DNA of 64,000 nucleotides. Source: Vicugna vicugna (Eukaryota). A model generated the notes under the pieces. That model saw only the letters and a program-made list of their open reading frames with translations. It was not told where the DNA came from and ran no database searches. The stretch spans positions 5,521,050 through 5,585,049 of the forward strand of contig MU058781.1 of the NCBI GenBank assembly GCA_013265495.1. Reading direction: 5' to 3'. Positions 39,455 to 52,033 of the stretch are shown here, piece after piece (the first letter of the stretch is position 1; each line of letters opens with the position of its first letter). The translations under genes were made by a program, and so were the position numbers.

Positions 39455-40012
39455 GTTGTAAATACGTAGTTCACTTGTGTCTTTTTCTTTTTTGATTCCA
39501 CATATAAGTGATATGTGGCATTTTTCTTTCTCTTTCTGACTTACTTCACTTAGAATGACAATCTCTGGGTCCATCCATGTTGCTGCAAATGGCATTATTT
39601 TATTCTTTTTGATGGCTGAGTAGTATTCTCTGTGTGTGTGTGTGTGTGTGTGTGTATATCTATATATGTATATATAGATACACACATCTTTATCCAGTCA
39701 TCTGTTGATGGACATTTGGGTTGTTTCCATGTCTTGGCTATTGTAAATAGTGCTGCAATGAACATTGGGTGTCTTTTGGAATTTTATTTTTCTCTGGATA
39801 TATGCCCAGGAGTAGGATTGCTGGATCATATGGTAAGTCTATTTTTAGTTTTTTAGGACTCTCATACTATTTTCCATAATGGCTGCACCAAACTACATTC
39901 CCATCAACATTGTGGGGAGTTCCCTTTTCTCCACACCCTCTCCAGCATTTATCATTTGTGGACTTTTGAATGATGGCCATTCTGACTGGTGTGAAGCGAT
40001 ACCTCTTTGTAG
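39455..40012 (-). mobile_element. Second, younger LINE-1 fragment, antisense, with internal (TG)n/(TA)n microsatellite
   Basis: Minus-strand peptide EYYSAIKKNKIMPFAATWMDPEIVILSEVSQKEK is the L1 ORF2 C-terminus. (TG)n at ~39631-39655. Confidence 0.9.
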
Positions 40013-40101
40013 TTTTATTTTTTAATGGAGATACTGGTGATTGAACCCAGGACCTCGTGTGTGCTAAGCATGCACTCTACCACTGAGCTATACCCTCTCC
40101 C
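40013..40101 (-). mobile_element. tRNA-derived camelid SINE (Vic-1-like)
   Basis: Minus strand GGGAGAGGGTATAGCTCAGTGGTAGAGTGCATGCTTAGCACACACGAGGTCCTGGGTTCAATCACCAGTATCTCCATTAAAAAA has Pol III A and B boxes and an A tail. Confidence 0.85.
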
Positions 40102-40129
40102 TGTGCTGATTGTTTTATTACCTGGGCTC

Positions 40130-40557
40130 TGTATGAGTGTCCTGGGGCTGCTGTCACAGAGCACTGCACAGGGTGGCTCACACAACAGAAATGTATTGTC
40201 TCCCAGCAAGTCCCAGATGAAGACATCAGCAGGGCTGATTCCTTCTGAGGGCTGGGTGGGAGGCTCTCCCATGTCTTCCTCCTTCCTTCTGGTTATTTAC
40301 ACACAACCTTGGTGTTCCTTGGCTCGTAGGTGCATCACTGGAATCTCTGCCCTCCTCTTCAGTCAGCATCCTTCTCTGTGCGTCTCTGTTCAAATGTCCC
40401 CTATTTATAAGAACAGCAGTCATGCCAGGAGGAGACCTCCCCTAATGACCTCATCTTACCTTGATTATCCACCAAGACCCTGTTTCCAAATGAGGTCACA
40501 TTCACAGGTGCTGATGGTATCTCAGTGCCTTTTTGGGGACACAGTTCAAACCATACA
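40130..40557 (-). mobile_element. MaLR solo LTR (MLT1 family)
   Basis: GGGTGGCTCACACAACAGAAATGTATTGTCTC...CCCTGTTTCCAAATGAGGTCACATTC...GGGGACACAGTTCAA. Confidence 0.82.
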
Positions 40558-43500
40558 ACCTCTGTAAATTTTGCTCCCTAACATTCGAGGGTTTGGCTTG
40601 TCTTGTTCTTCACGAATGCATCAGAATAACCTAGGGAGACACTCCAGAATACACACGGTGTCTCTCACACAAAGGTTCTGATTTATTAAGTTTGGGGCGG
40701 CCTGAGCATGTGTAACTTGGGGATCATCCTGCTGTGATTCTGATGCACACACAGATGCTGTGGACTGGCTGCCGGGGCCTCTGTGTTTGTGGACCCTGTG
40801 GCTCTCTGGTGACGGGCGGCGGCTCGCACTTCTCTGAATCCTGACAACTGACAGCGAAGCTTCCAGGGTACCGAGCGTGTTCAGAGGACCACCCTGGGGT
40901 CCGCCGAGCGTTGCCCTGAAAGGCTAGGGGCCAAAACACAAGCTCCTTCTTATCCCTTAGCTGGACATGAATGTATTCCGCCCTTTTTGAGCCACTAGGA
41001 CTAAAGAGATGAAAGGCATTGTCCCTACACTTGACCACAGCTTACAGGTGAGATGGGTAATGAATAATTGATTTAATAAGAGAATTGCTTTAATCAGTGC
41101 CATCCATAGCTTTAGGCAAGAGGCCCCTGCCCCGGACCCCACTTCTGCACCTGTCCCCTCCTCACTGGACCCGAGGGCGGGGCCTTTCCCTCTAGGCTGT
41201 GCTCTAGGTACTCAGGTCCTGGGCTTCCTGCCCAAATGCCTGGAGCTGACTCCAAGGCCTGCAGGGGCCCCTTCCCCAGGTGTGTTTCCCCAGGGCCAGC
41301 CGTGCTGCTCACGTCTGAGCTCAGAGTGGCCGTGTGTGCCCGGAGCTTGGTGTGCAGACTGGGGTGTCTGTGTGCACAGGAGGATGTGGGTGGGAGGAGA
41401 AAGGGGTGAGGATGTGGGCGTGGGGGCGGTGGCCGGCTCCCATGACTACGTGCTGTGCTTTCCAGGTCATTAACGAAGCTGTGTTGTCGAGGTTGGAGGA
41501 CAGAACAGAATTTGCGTAGCAGCTTTGTACATGTTACTCATAACCTGGTGGGGTTTAGACACGTGGTCGGTGGGCCTCCACTTGTACTTCCGGGCCCCCG
41601 CATGTCGGGCTGGAGGACTGATGAAAGCGAAGATGTGTCTGAAGAGCAGCAGAAACATGTATTTCTGAGGTGGAGAAGGGTGACTCACTACTTTCTGTGC
41701 CCTTTGCGACCAGGCTTAGTGAGGTAGGCATTTGGAGGCGCTATATTTGGTGCATTGACCGGCTGTGGCAGAGTAAATGCCAGGTTCTGTTCCTGGGAGG
41801 CTGGAATATTTAAAGTATTTATCTCTCAGCGAACAGCTGGTCTATTTTGGGCACGTGTGTTTGTCTTTCTGACCGTGTGGATAAGGCTGGGGAAGATACT
41901 TTACTTCTCACTCCTAGAATTAAGGCTTGCGTAGCCCCCGCCATGTGGAGAAGACCAGAAATGTGGGGGGATAGTTCATTGTCAAGGCTGACCTTTTCCA
42001 CGAGAAGCTCTGATTTTCAAGTACTGCTGATAGGTTTTGGAGTGCTGGGGAAAACCCGCTGTGAGCTCAGCCGGGTGCGGAGTGTAGCAGCTCTCTCCTG
42101 GGCTTCTTGGGAGGAGTGTAAGTAATTTGAGAGCGAGGATTTCTGATTGTTTTCTGTCTGTGGAGCCACAATGTTAGAGGGCCATTAGCAGCACAGAAGG
42201 TTGCAACGCTGCGGCTCCTTCAGTTGTCTTTCAGAATGTAGCTCGAACTTGCTTCGCTGAAGTAGAGCCGAGCATGACAACGAAGGAAGTTGGGAAAGGG
42301 ATGAGTTGCCTCCCACGTGTGGTCCCACAGTGGCAGCATCTCATTTCCCCTCGCTGATGGCTGGGTCAGGCCAGTGCCGCCACATTATGGCCTCTGTCAC
42401 CCAGGAAGCCTCTGGACATGGAACGCTGTGAAAAGGCTGAAAGATCTGAAACGTTCTCTGCTATTGTGACGTGTTGATGGCAAAGTGAAGGTGGTCTCCC
42501 GTGAAAAAGAATAGAAGGCGGCTCTAGGTAAACACTGGTAGGGAATGATTATTATTATTACTGCTGTTGCCAGTAAGCCAGTCTGAATGCAGGTCCAAAT
42601 TATTTCAGAAGCTTGATTCACACCAGTGCTTCTCCTGCCAGTTCTCCTTGGAAGAGCACCCATTTCCAGGGGAGTCTGTGTCCCTCAGGGTCCAACTGAG
42701 GAAACAAACAGTGCTGAATAGTTACAACGGGAAATTTAATCCAAGGCATTGTGATACAGCTGAGATGCCAGACGGGATACTGAGGGAAGACCCCAGAGAC
42801 TGGCAGCAGAGAAACCACTTCCAAAGGGGAGGAGCCCAAGGGTTGGGACCATTCTGAGCCGGAACCAAGACCATGCAGGTCAAGGCAGAGGGGGTCTGGG
42901 AGCGCTACTCTGACCACATCCAGGCCCGTCTTCCCCACTGTCCTCCAGTGTCCCACCCAGGGACTTTGCTGGCCAAACCTAGCCAGAAACCAGCCTGGGA
43001 ACTGGGGCCTGCAGGGGTGGCTTCCTTGTGATAAGAGCAGAGCAGGGGAAGGATGAGCACTGCATCTGTGAGCACAGGGGCCCAGGATCTGATTTTGATT
43101 CTGCCAGTTCTTGGTGACCATCTGGCCTTTAGCACTGCTGAGCCCACCATTCTGGCCTAGCTCGTGCTCTGGGTTCCTGATCGTGGAGTTAGTTACAAAT
43201 GCCCTGAAGTTGGAGTTACCATAGTATTAGAGAGCCCTCCCTCCAGGTCTTTGTAGGTCAGAGGAACAAGTGGTTTTGTGCATAGACAGAGCTACAGTGT
43301 TCTCCCTCCCAGCTCTGAAGGATGCTGATCATTCTGAAGCAGCTGAGAAGGTTAAAAGGTAAGGGATTAACGGTTTGCTGCTCACCGCAGGGTGAATTTG
43401 GAGTGCCTGGTCCTCTGGGAAGGTGAGAATTAAAGGGAGGGCCTTGGTTGGCGGGGTCGAGTGGAGTGGATTTTCCCAGAAGAGGACCAGTCCCTCCGTG

Positions 43501-43886
43501 TTTGGAAGTGGGGGAAGGTGACTTGGATGTAGGTGTGTAGGGCTGGAATGAACCAGACTGGGGACAGAAGGTGGCACTGGGCTGGGAGAGGCTATTGAAG
43601 GAGAGAGTTTTCAACTCAGAGGCCGGACTGGATGGCAGAACATCCAGTGCCTTGTTCTTGCTTGAGGATGGTAAGGAGCCCAGTTCAGTTTTTGTACCTG
43701 GATCACAACCTGTGACTCCGGTTCCTCAGGGACTCACTGTCTTTGGAACACCTGTTCCAATCCCTAAGAGGATCCAGGGACCCGAGGGACACACACTTCC
43801 TTTGTGTCTTTCCATTCGCTCGAAACTGGAGAAATGCCGTACCAATCACGTCAAGAGCCAAGCCTTTTTTTTCCCTTTTGCAATAG

Positions 43887-44006
43887 GTGGATCTTGAGCG
43901 AACCTTCACATTTCGAAACTCGAAGCAGACCTACTCGGGGATTCCCATCATCGTGGCCAACATGGACACCGTGGGGACGTTTGAGATGGCCGTGGTGATG
44001 TCACAG
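43887..44006 (+). CDS. GMPR: GMP reductase 1, coding exon 2 (aa 30-69)
   Basis: Acceptor ttttttcccttttgcaatag|. Translates [40 protein letters not shown] (ANMDTV motif of the IMPDH/GMPR family). Donor CAG|gtagga. 120 nt. Confidence 0.97.
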
Positions 44007-44479
44007 GTAGGATGGTGGGCTTTTTCTGTCTGCTGCTCATGCACCGGATGGGGTGTCAGGAACCCACCTTGGACTTGTTCAGACGCAGGGAGGGAGAGAG
44101 AAGGGAGACCCTTTGGGTCATTTGCTGTGGCCGAACTGTGTAGGTCTGAATCTGAATGTTGCTGGAGACACTTCTTTTTCTCTCTTCACCCAGAAGATGG
44201 ATGGAGCCTGGACGTCACATTCAGTGAGATGTTCTAGATTCTGCACCCATTTCTTCCTTGAAAACACCCACAAGAGTTTTGGAAATGATAGAGATACAAA
44301 AAGAAGTTGGATATTGTCCTGTATTATAAAGTTAGATGAGTGTCATATTAATAGGAGAGTGACAGCACCTGTAAAATTAAGACAGAACCGCTTCATCTGT
44401 CCTAGAGCATCTACATCATTATGTAGAAAACTTAGGTGCCAGACCCTGGATATGCTGTGTATGATGTGGTCACAACTCT

Positions 44480-44600
44480 AGCGGGCAGCTTCTTCATACA
44501 GATGAGGAAACTGAGGCAGAGAGCGAGCGAGGAGTCATTTGGCTCAAGGCACTTAGCCAGGTAGACACAGAGCCAACGTTCAAAGTCAGACTGACTCCAG
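44480..44600 (-). mobile_element. MIR SINE fragment
   Basis: TACAGATGAGGAAACTGAGGCAGAGAG core. Confidence 0.65.
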
Positions 44601-45771
44601 AATAAGGGATTTCCCCCCCAATTTACACTGACAGATCATCATACAAGCTCCTGGTCCCGTGAGTCAGCTGCTGTCTCATTTCCTACAAAGGGAGTGGCTA
44701 GTATTCTGGCCTTGGGAAGAATAAGGGGCAAGTTATTTGTGGGCAGAACCTTCATCTCGCACATCTGTGTCTGAGGTTGAGTGAGTCTTATTCATCATAG
44801 ATGTAAAGTGTTTGCTTCTGATGTGGGGTGTCTGTGCATCTATTTCTGTGCATGGTGCCTGCCAAGTGAAAAGATAAATCCAATTAGCTGAAAGAGCGTC
44901 TTGCTGTGGGCAGCACGGCTAACCCCAGGAGGTGCTGGGATTCATTATTAGCCAGTGATTAGAAGGAAGATTTTCAAACAAATTATGAACTCACATAATG
45001 GAGTAGGGGGTGGTCTGTCTGAGTCCAGGATCAGTTGTACCATCTGTCCACGCTCAGCCCCCACCAAGCTTTGGGCTGGAGGCTAATACATTAATTGCTA
45101 AAGGAATTGGTATTTTTTCTCCCTGTCTTTTCCTCGCTCTGCCCTGTGATGATCAGCCATTGCTACTAATAAGTTATGTATTAGTGTGAAAATTCGTGGA
45201 GTCAGGAAGCAGTAAATAGCCCAGATTAATTCACATATCAGATTACCAGTCCATAAAAAACATGCTACTTGCTCTGCTCTCCTCTTGTGCACAGGGAATG
45301 AGACGATGTATACCAACGTAGCCAACTATGTGCAGGTACTATAGATTTTCTTTCTAGGATCCACTGAATTAATTCCTTGTGTTAATGTAAGTCATAGAGT
45401 TTTAGGATAGGAAACTGTAGATGGGGAAATAATAGACTGAGAGAAGTTAGGAGTGAGGCCCTGATCCTGGAGGAGGAGCTTGGGTTCTGCATTCAGATTT
45501 GTGTTTGATTCTGGCCTTTGCCCCATTTTGGCCAAGCAGTTGCTAAATTTCTTAAACTTAAGTTTCTTAAGCCCCATTTCTGCCCATAAAGCTAATATTG
45601 CTGTACAGAGTTGTTCTGGGAGGTATATGAAATAATGCGTGTGAAGTGCTTGGTTGCTGAATTGACAGTCAGAGATTCAGGACTATGAGTTATGTACTTC
45701 CCTCCATCAAGGATACCAACTGCCTGACGAGTTAACGCTTTTAGCAAGAAACATTCAGGTTACGAACACAA

Positions 45772-46105
45772 AGATAATGAACTCACGTACAAAAGAAAGA
45801 CTCACAGACATAGTAAACAATCTTATGGTTACGGCGTGGGGGGAAGGGGGTGGGAAGGGATAAATTTGAGAGTTTGAGATTTGCAGATGTTAACCACTAT
45901 ATATAAAAATAGATTAAAAGCACATTTTTTTTCTACATAGCATAGGGAACTCTTCAATATCTTGTAATAACATTTAATGAAGAAGAATGTGAAAAGGAAT
46001 GTATGTGTGTATATGCACAACTGGGAGATCACGCTGTACACCAGATAGTGACACATTGTAACTAACTATACTTCAATTTTAAATAATTTTTTTCGGAAAA
46101 AAAAA
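45772..46105 (+). mobile_element. Lineage-specific LINE-1 3' UTR fragment in intron 2
   Basis: AGACTCACAGACATAGTAAACAATCTTATGGTTAC, G-rich tract, TACATAGCATAGGGAACT...CAATATCTTGTAATAAC, ending ACTATACTTCAATT plus A-rich tail. Confidence 0.85.
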
Positions 46106-46544
46106 CAAAACCCAAACTTTTGTGTGGAAGTTGAGGTTCCTGTGGGTTAACTAGGCAGAATTTTGCCTTCCGTCTGCCCTGCTAACGAACCAGCAGGGGA
46201 CCAGCTCTCTGTGCTGCTCTGGGCCTCAGTCAGGTGTGGGCTGGGCCAGGACGCTGAGGACTCTCCCTTGCTCCTTGCAACCCACCTCGCCTGCTGGCAT
46301 CGCCTCCCGAGTCCTGAGCACTGCCTTGCCTGATCAGATTAGAATGGAAAACACGCTTTGGTGGCGATTCCCCTGGTTACGCCTTGGTCTGTTTTGGGCT
46401 CCTGGGAGCCTGTTCAAAGCAAATTAAGCGTGAACGCGGGAAGGCAGGATGCTTTCGTATTGTCGGATCACCCCTGCCATATGGGGGAAGGGAGAGTGGG
46501 CCTCGCTTGACTTCTCGTCCTAATGGTGCTGCTTTGTTTCCTAG

Positions 46545-46628
46545 CACTCCATGTTCACCGCAGTTCATAAGCATTACACCCTGGATGACTGGAAGCTCTT
46601 TGCCGCTGATCACCCAGAATGCCTGCAG
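46545..46628 (+). CDS. GMPR: GMP reductase 1, coding exon 3 (aa 70-97)
   Basis: Acceptor gctttgtttcctag|. Translates HSMFTAVHKHYTLDDWKLFAADHPECLQ. Donor CAG|gtatga. 84 nt; not shown in this frame by the ORF track. Confidence 0.96.
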
Positions 46629-47014
46629 GTATGACCGCACCCTGGTTATAAGTGACATCTGTTGCAGAGGGAGGAACATTGTCAGGGTTGTCAAAGGGAT
46701 TTGAATTGGCAGCAGATAGATGTAAGTCCCCAGAGAGACCCGGGAAAGGCAGTAGTGGTACCCAGCCCTTCATCACTGCCAGGAATTTGCCTGTATCCTA
46801 TTTTGAAAATATTAGGATTTAGCTGTTTTTTTTCCCTTAAAAAAATTCAGTGCTGTATCAGGAGAGCTTGCGGAAGACCTGGCAGTGTTTCCTGCCAGGG
46901 AAAGGGTCCATTCTGAGCAAGCCTTTTGGCTGTAGGAAGAACACCTAATTAGAACAAGTTGTTGTGGGGTGAATAAACAATATGCCCACTAGGGTGGCTT
47001 CAATCAAAGAGACA

Positions 47015-47680
47015 GATAATAAAAAAAATGCTGGCATGGATGTGGAGAAATTGGAATCTTCCTACATTGCTGGTGGGAATGTAAAACGGTGCAGCCGATC
47101 TGGAAAACAGTCTGGCAATTCCTCTGAAGGTTAAACATCAGAGTTACTGTATTACCGAGGATTTCCATTCCTAGTCTGGACCCAACAGCTAAATATATGT
47201 TCATATAAAACCTTGTACACAAATGTTCATAGTAGCATAATTCCTAACAGCCAAAAGGTAGAAACAACCCAAATATCCACCAGCCGATAAATGAATACAC
47301 AAAACCTGATCTGACTGTACTGTGGAATAGTTAGCTGCGGAAGGGAATGAGGTGTTATTTATGCCACAACACGGGTGAACCTGGGGAACATTTTGTTGAG
47401 TGAAAACCCAGCTACGTATATGATTCCGGTTACATGAAATGTCAAGAAAAGGCAAACCCATAGAGACAGAAAGTAGGTTAGTTGTTGTCTGAGGCTGGGG
47501 GCTGGGAGGGGTGAGGGCTAAAGGGGGTGGCCTTCCTCTTTGGGGTGATGAAATGTTCTAATATTGTGATGATGGTTGCACAATTCTGAATATACTAAAA
47601 GCCATTGAATTGTACACTTTAAATGAGTGAATTGTCGGGTATGTGACTATATCTCAGTAAAGCTGTTACTTTAAAAAAAG
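47015..47680 (+). mobile_element. LINE-1 3' end fragment (L1MB-like) in GMPR intron 3
   Basis: TGCTGGTGGGAATGTAAAA...GGAAAACAGTCTGGCA, and a 3' UTR ending CCATTGAATTGTACACTTTAAA...TATATCTCAGTAAAGCTG with an A tail. Confidence 0.88.
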
Positions 47681-48829
47681 GCCCTTTGAAAATAACAAAA
47701 GCCCCAGGAGAACACACCTTACTTGGATCCTGGCACATTCGGGAGGCACCACACCAGTGCCCTCTCTGTGTTAGAGATGCTCCCCATGGTCAGGCCGTTT
47801 GCGATTGGAAAACACTGGCTTTTTGTTATTTTGCTCTGCCTAAGGGGATGTTGATGGGTGAGAAGGTGGTTTCCGAGACAAAAATAGTGATTCCTTCCTT
47901 CCCGCCATGTTTTATTCTAATGAATGACACCTGTTTCACCTTCTCCTCTTCTCGGGAAGGAATTTGGGGACCAGGAGTTTCTGGCAACGTGCTGTTAATC
48001 AGAACACCATGGCTTTCGTCACCATGTGCGATCATTTCACTTCCTCCCCGCCCCCACCAAATTAAAGCAAATGAAAAAGGGAAAGTGTTTAAAACTCAGT
48101 GGCACTGAGAGAAACTAAGTGACCTTGAGTTCCCCTTGCCAAAATTTAACAGAAATGAGGGGGGGAATGAAGAATGTAGCAGAGCTCCAGGGAGGGAAAT
48201 AACAGGTGGATTCGGGCACCGGTCAGATTGTCGGCATGAGGAGTGAAAACCGGAGTGCGTGTCACGTCACCAGGCCGTTTATGCTCAGTGTCTACAGTGT
48301 AGCTACATTGTTGTGATTTGGGGGGAATAAAGAAGGTTGTTGATACGGCCCTCATCTGTGGTTTATAGTTTAGAGATAGGAGTTAAAGTATAAATATTAA
48401 ATAAATGTTATAAGGTTTAAATTGATGAAATATAAATATCTCATAAAAAGTGAGATGGTGACTCTAGGCACGTTCCAGTGGCTTTGTTTTATTAAGGTGT
48501 AAATTGCTAAAGACCAGAGAGCAGATTTTGAGAGGAGCAGAGGGCTGGGGTGGAGGGTGGGAGGAGAGGCTGTCACAGAGGAGGGTGTGGTGGCTTCAGG
48601 CGTAAACATGTCCAAGTGAAGATGGGAAGGGTCATTACGGGCTCATTCGTTCTTGCACTTTGGGACCTTTTGCTCTTTTAATAGGGACACTGAGACTTGC
48701 AGCTACGTGTGCAGGTTATGATCTGCATGTTGTGATGGTGTTGTATTGGGAGTAAAGATGGAAGCAGGAAGGAATTTCATCAAAGGAGTTTTACACACCT
48801 TTTCCTCCCTCTCCCTGCCCCCGCCCCAG

Positions 48830-48863
<34 letters not shown>

Positions 48864-48870
48864 TCACACA
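48830..48870. repeat. (CA)n microsatellite in intron 3
   Basis: About 20 CA units with two interruptions. Confidence 0.9.
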
Positions 48871-49287
48871 AGATGGCTCAGGGTGACGGCCACAGCTCTG
48901 GAATCAGGAAGCCTGAGCTGACCGGCCACCCTGGTTCTGCTTGACCCTCCTACACCAGCACCTCCACGATTCTGAGGTCCACGCGGAGAGCTTGAGGAAA
49001 TTAAACAAAAGCCGAGGATAAGATTCTGTGGCTGAGGTCCAGGGCCAAGGATATGTGCAATTTAATGTGGGGAAAGGCGATGAAGTCAATTTGGATAACC
49101 AGTGCATGTCCCTCACCTCTGCTGCTCTGTGTTTACTGAGCCAGGCCACTGTGTATCTGTGTGATCAGGGGAAATGTCCGGGGGTCACTGCACTGTCCCC
49201 AGGAATGGCAGGTGGCTGGGGGCAGGGTCTGACTTCTGAGTGCTTCTTACTGTTCCCGTCTTGCACCTCTTGGTGTACCTGGTACAG

Positions 49288-49461
49288 CATGTAGCCGTGA
49301 GCTCGGGCAGTGGGAAGAATGATCTGGAGAAGATGAGCAGCATCCTGGAAGCCGTGCCGCAGGTTAAGTTTATCTGCCTGGATGTGGCCAATGGGTACTC
49401 GGAACATTTCGTGGAATTCGTGAAGCTCGTCCGTGCCAGATTTCCAGAACACACCATCATG
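49288..49461 (+). CDS. GMPR: GMP reductase 1, coding exon 4 (aa 98-155)
   Basis: Acceptor ggtacag|. Translates HVAVSSGSGKNDLEKMSSILEAVPQVKFICLDVANGYSEHFVEFVKLVRARFPEHTIM (DVANGY motif). Donor ATG|gtaggt. 174 nt. Confidence 0.97.
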
Positions 49462-52033
49462 GTAGGTGTGGTGGGACGACCTTCTCTGGATGGGGAAGAA
49501 AGGGGGAGTTGTGCAGTGGGTTGGGGGGAGCTCTATTCTCTTCAGAGCTTTTGGTGCCTTCTTATGCGAAGACTAGTTGAAAATCAGCAGGAAAGGGACC
49601 AGCAGCAGCTAAGGAAGAGCTGAAAACTGGCTCTGCTCTGTAAAAGATAAAATCCAGATCAACGCCTTTTGTCTGCTAAATATCAGCTGTTTCTTACCCT
49701 GTGAGACCTTTATACCACGGTCTGTGTCTTGCTCCTTAAGAGAGTATGTTTTTAAAGATGAAAACAACATAACTGGGTCTGCTTATCCTAAGTCACCTCT
49801 GCCCCGCGCGCTTGGCCAGCAGAAAATGCTGCTGCGAGACGTGAAATCCACAACATGAACGTTGCGCAGTGGTCAGCTATTACGTGCACATCAGCAGGTG
49901 TGTTGTTTTATCTAGGATCTTTATTTTTGCCTTTTCCTGCCCCCCTTTTGGGTAATTTTCCTAATGTTTAACACCTTCCCTAGTTAATGTGTATCTGTTA
50001 TTGCTGGGAAACATGGATTTACAGGAAAAGGAAATAGAAGCCTTAGGGTTAAATTTGGGCTTTTGGGAAATCTGCATTGTAATTGTGTGCATCTTCGCTG
50101 GTCTTAACATGGGAGTTATCGATTGACCACTAGATAATTTACCTAACTCTCCTTTAAAATCTTTTTCATTTAATTTCTCCTCCGGTTTCATCACTGTTAG
50201 GAAGTTGGGAGACAGGAATTAGTATTTCTATTGACGGAGTTAAGTCTTGTGTTGAGGATTTCCAAGGATTTTTAAGAGAAGTATTTTCATGCTTTCCAAT
50301 CACGTGAGAAGGAGGGATCAAGAATTGTCCCAAGGTCAACCAGCTGTACCGTGTTGGACGTGGGGTGGGCAGCAGTGGAGCTCACTTCACCTACATAATA
50401 GGGCTGCCAGTGTCGCCATGTTTCTGATAACAGGGACACCGTTCATTGAGCACCTAGCGTGTTTCCGAAGGTGTATGTCTGCTCTTTCTCTTCTTTACAA
50501 CATCTCTGTAAAGGGTAGGAACTGTTGTCCCGAGTTTAGCACAGAGGAGGAATCCTAAGCTTTGATTCTTACTAGACTTTGGGATTTTCACAAGGTCAAG
50601 CCACGCTGAGCAGCAATGCTGGGATTTGAGGTCAGGTCGGTCTGAATGCGAAGTCCAGGCTCTGCCCGCCGAGACCTGTTCACGTGCTCCGTCCTTGTTC
50701 ACTTTAGGGCTAAAGCCCCGTTCTTCCGTTCTTCCCTTCTTCCACTGGGTGATATGTCTGTGACCTGCTCCCCAGTTCTGAGGTGGGGCGGTTGGCGCTC
50801 TTCAGGCTTGTGCTGGGGGTGATGGGGTTACCCTCTGTCATGGCCCAGTGATGCCTGCATATCTAGTCCTGAGGCCCCAGCTGGCTCTTCTGAGAGAACA
50901 GAAAGCTGGCCTCCCGGGAGGGCCGAAGTCCCAGCCCCGAGCTGGGACCTGGTAGCCCTAAACGGCGTTTGGTCCTAAACGTAAGTTCTGTGAAACTGGG
51001 ATGGTAGAAAGAGCAGGACAAGTATTTGAGCAGGAGAGGTGTCCTCGCTGACTTTCCCTGGAGGAGGAGGTTAAGGCAGGGGTTACTGTTGACATTTCTT
51101 CTGATCTGAGGTGGTGGGATATAGATCTTTCCAGATCTTTCCAGTTCATTTCTACTGTTTTAATTGCCCTGGAGACACAAGGGAGTGATAAACCTGGGAA
51201 GCTACACTGTACATCTGTTGGCGTTTTAGGGTACAGGAGTGAGTCATGAAGGCTTAGGAATCAGAAATTATACTTATTTAATGAAGCGACCTAGTGGCTC
51301 CGCTTTTTTGTCTTTAATAATGCACGTATCCAATTGTAAAATGTGACGTACAGACCAGTGCAAGAAATGTGGGTGTCCGATAACTAGTCATAAAAGGAAC
51401 AGCCCTTCAGCGCCCCTGCTCCCACCTTGGACGGCAGCCCCATCCTGACTGGTGGTCATTTCCTTACGTTGTCCTTGGTTTTGCCACTGACTGATGCATT
51501 CCCACACAACCCCAATTCACTTCTATTTTTGAACCTTATATAAATGGCAATCCTACTGCATGTCTTTCGGGTCGTCTTTGGTTCCATCCCACATCGAGAT
51601 GCACCTACATTGTTACATGGAAGCTGTGCAGTAGGTAACCCACTGTTCCTGGAACGAACCTCAGTACCATTTTCTAGATGCTTCCCTGGCCCCTGCCTCA
51701 CTCTGTCTACATCACCGAGTGTCCCCATGAGGTGAACCACGTTGGGGATATCACCTACCTTCTGAATCTCATTCTCCTCCCCTGTGAAAAGGAGGTCGAG
51801 GATGAAAATGGTTGGAGAATTATCTTGGGGATCAGGCGGGCGATGTTCAGTGTTCAGAGGTGTGTGTCGTGGTGAGTACCAGTGAGGGTCTGGGCCCTGA
51901 GAACTGAGCTGGAGGCAGAAGGCTGATGGAGAAGAGGAATGGGGCAGGGTGGGAGGCATTCGTCTTTAAGAAGAACAAACATGTAGCACTTTCTTAAACC
52001 AGGATAGTGATAGCTGAGGTCCGCTGGAGCCCC

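Noticed and set aside
40020..40101. tRNA-like sequences here and at 55760-55836
   Set aside because: They have A and B boxes but an A-rich tail and no intact acceptor stem, so they are SINEs and not tRNA genes.
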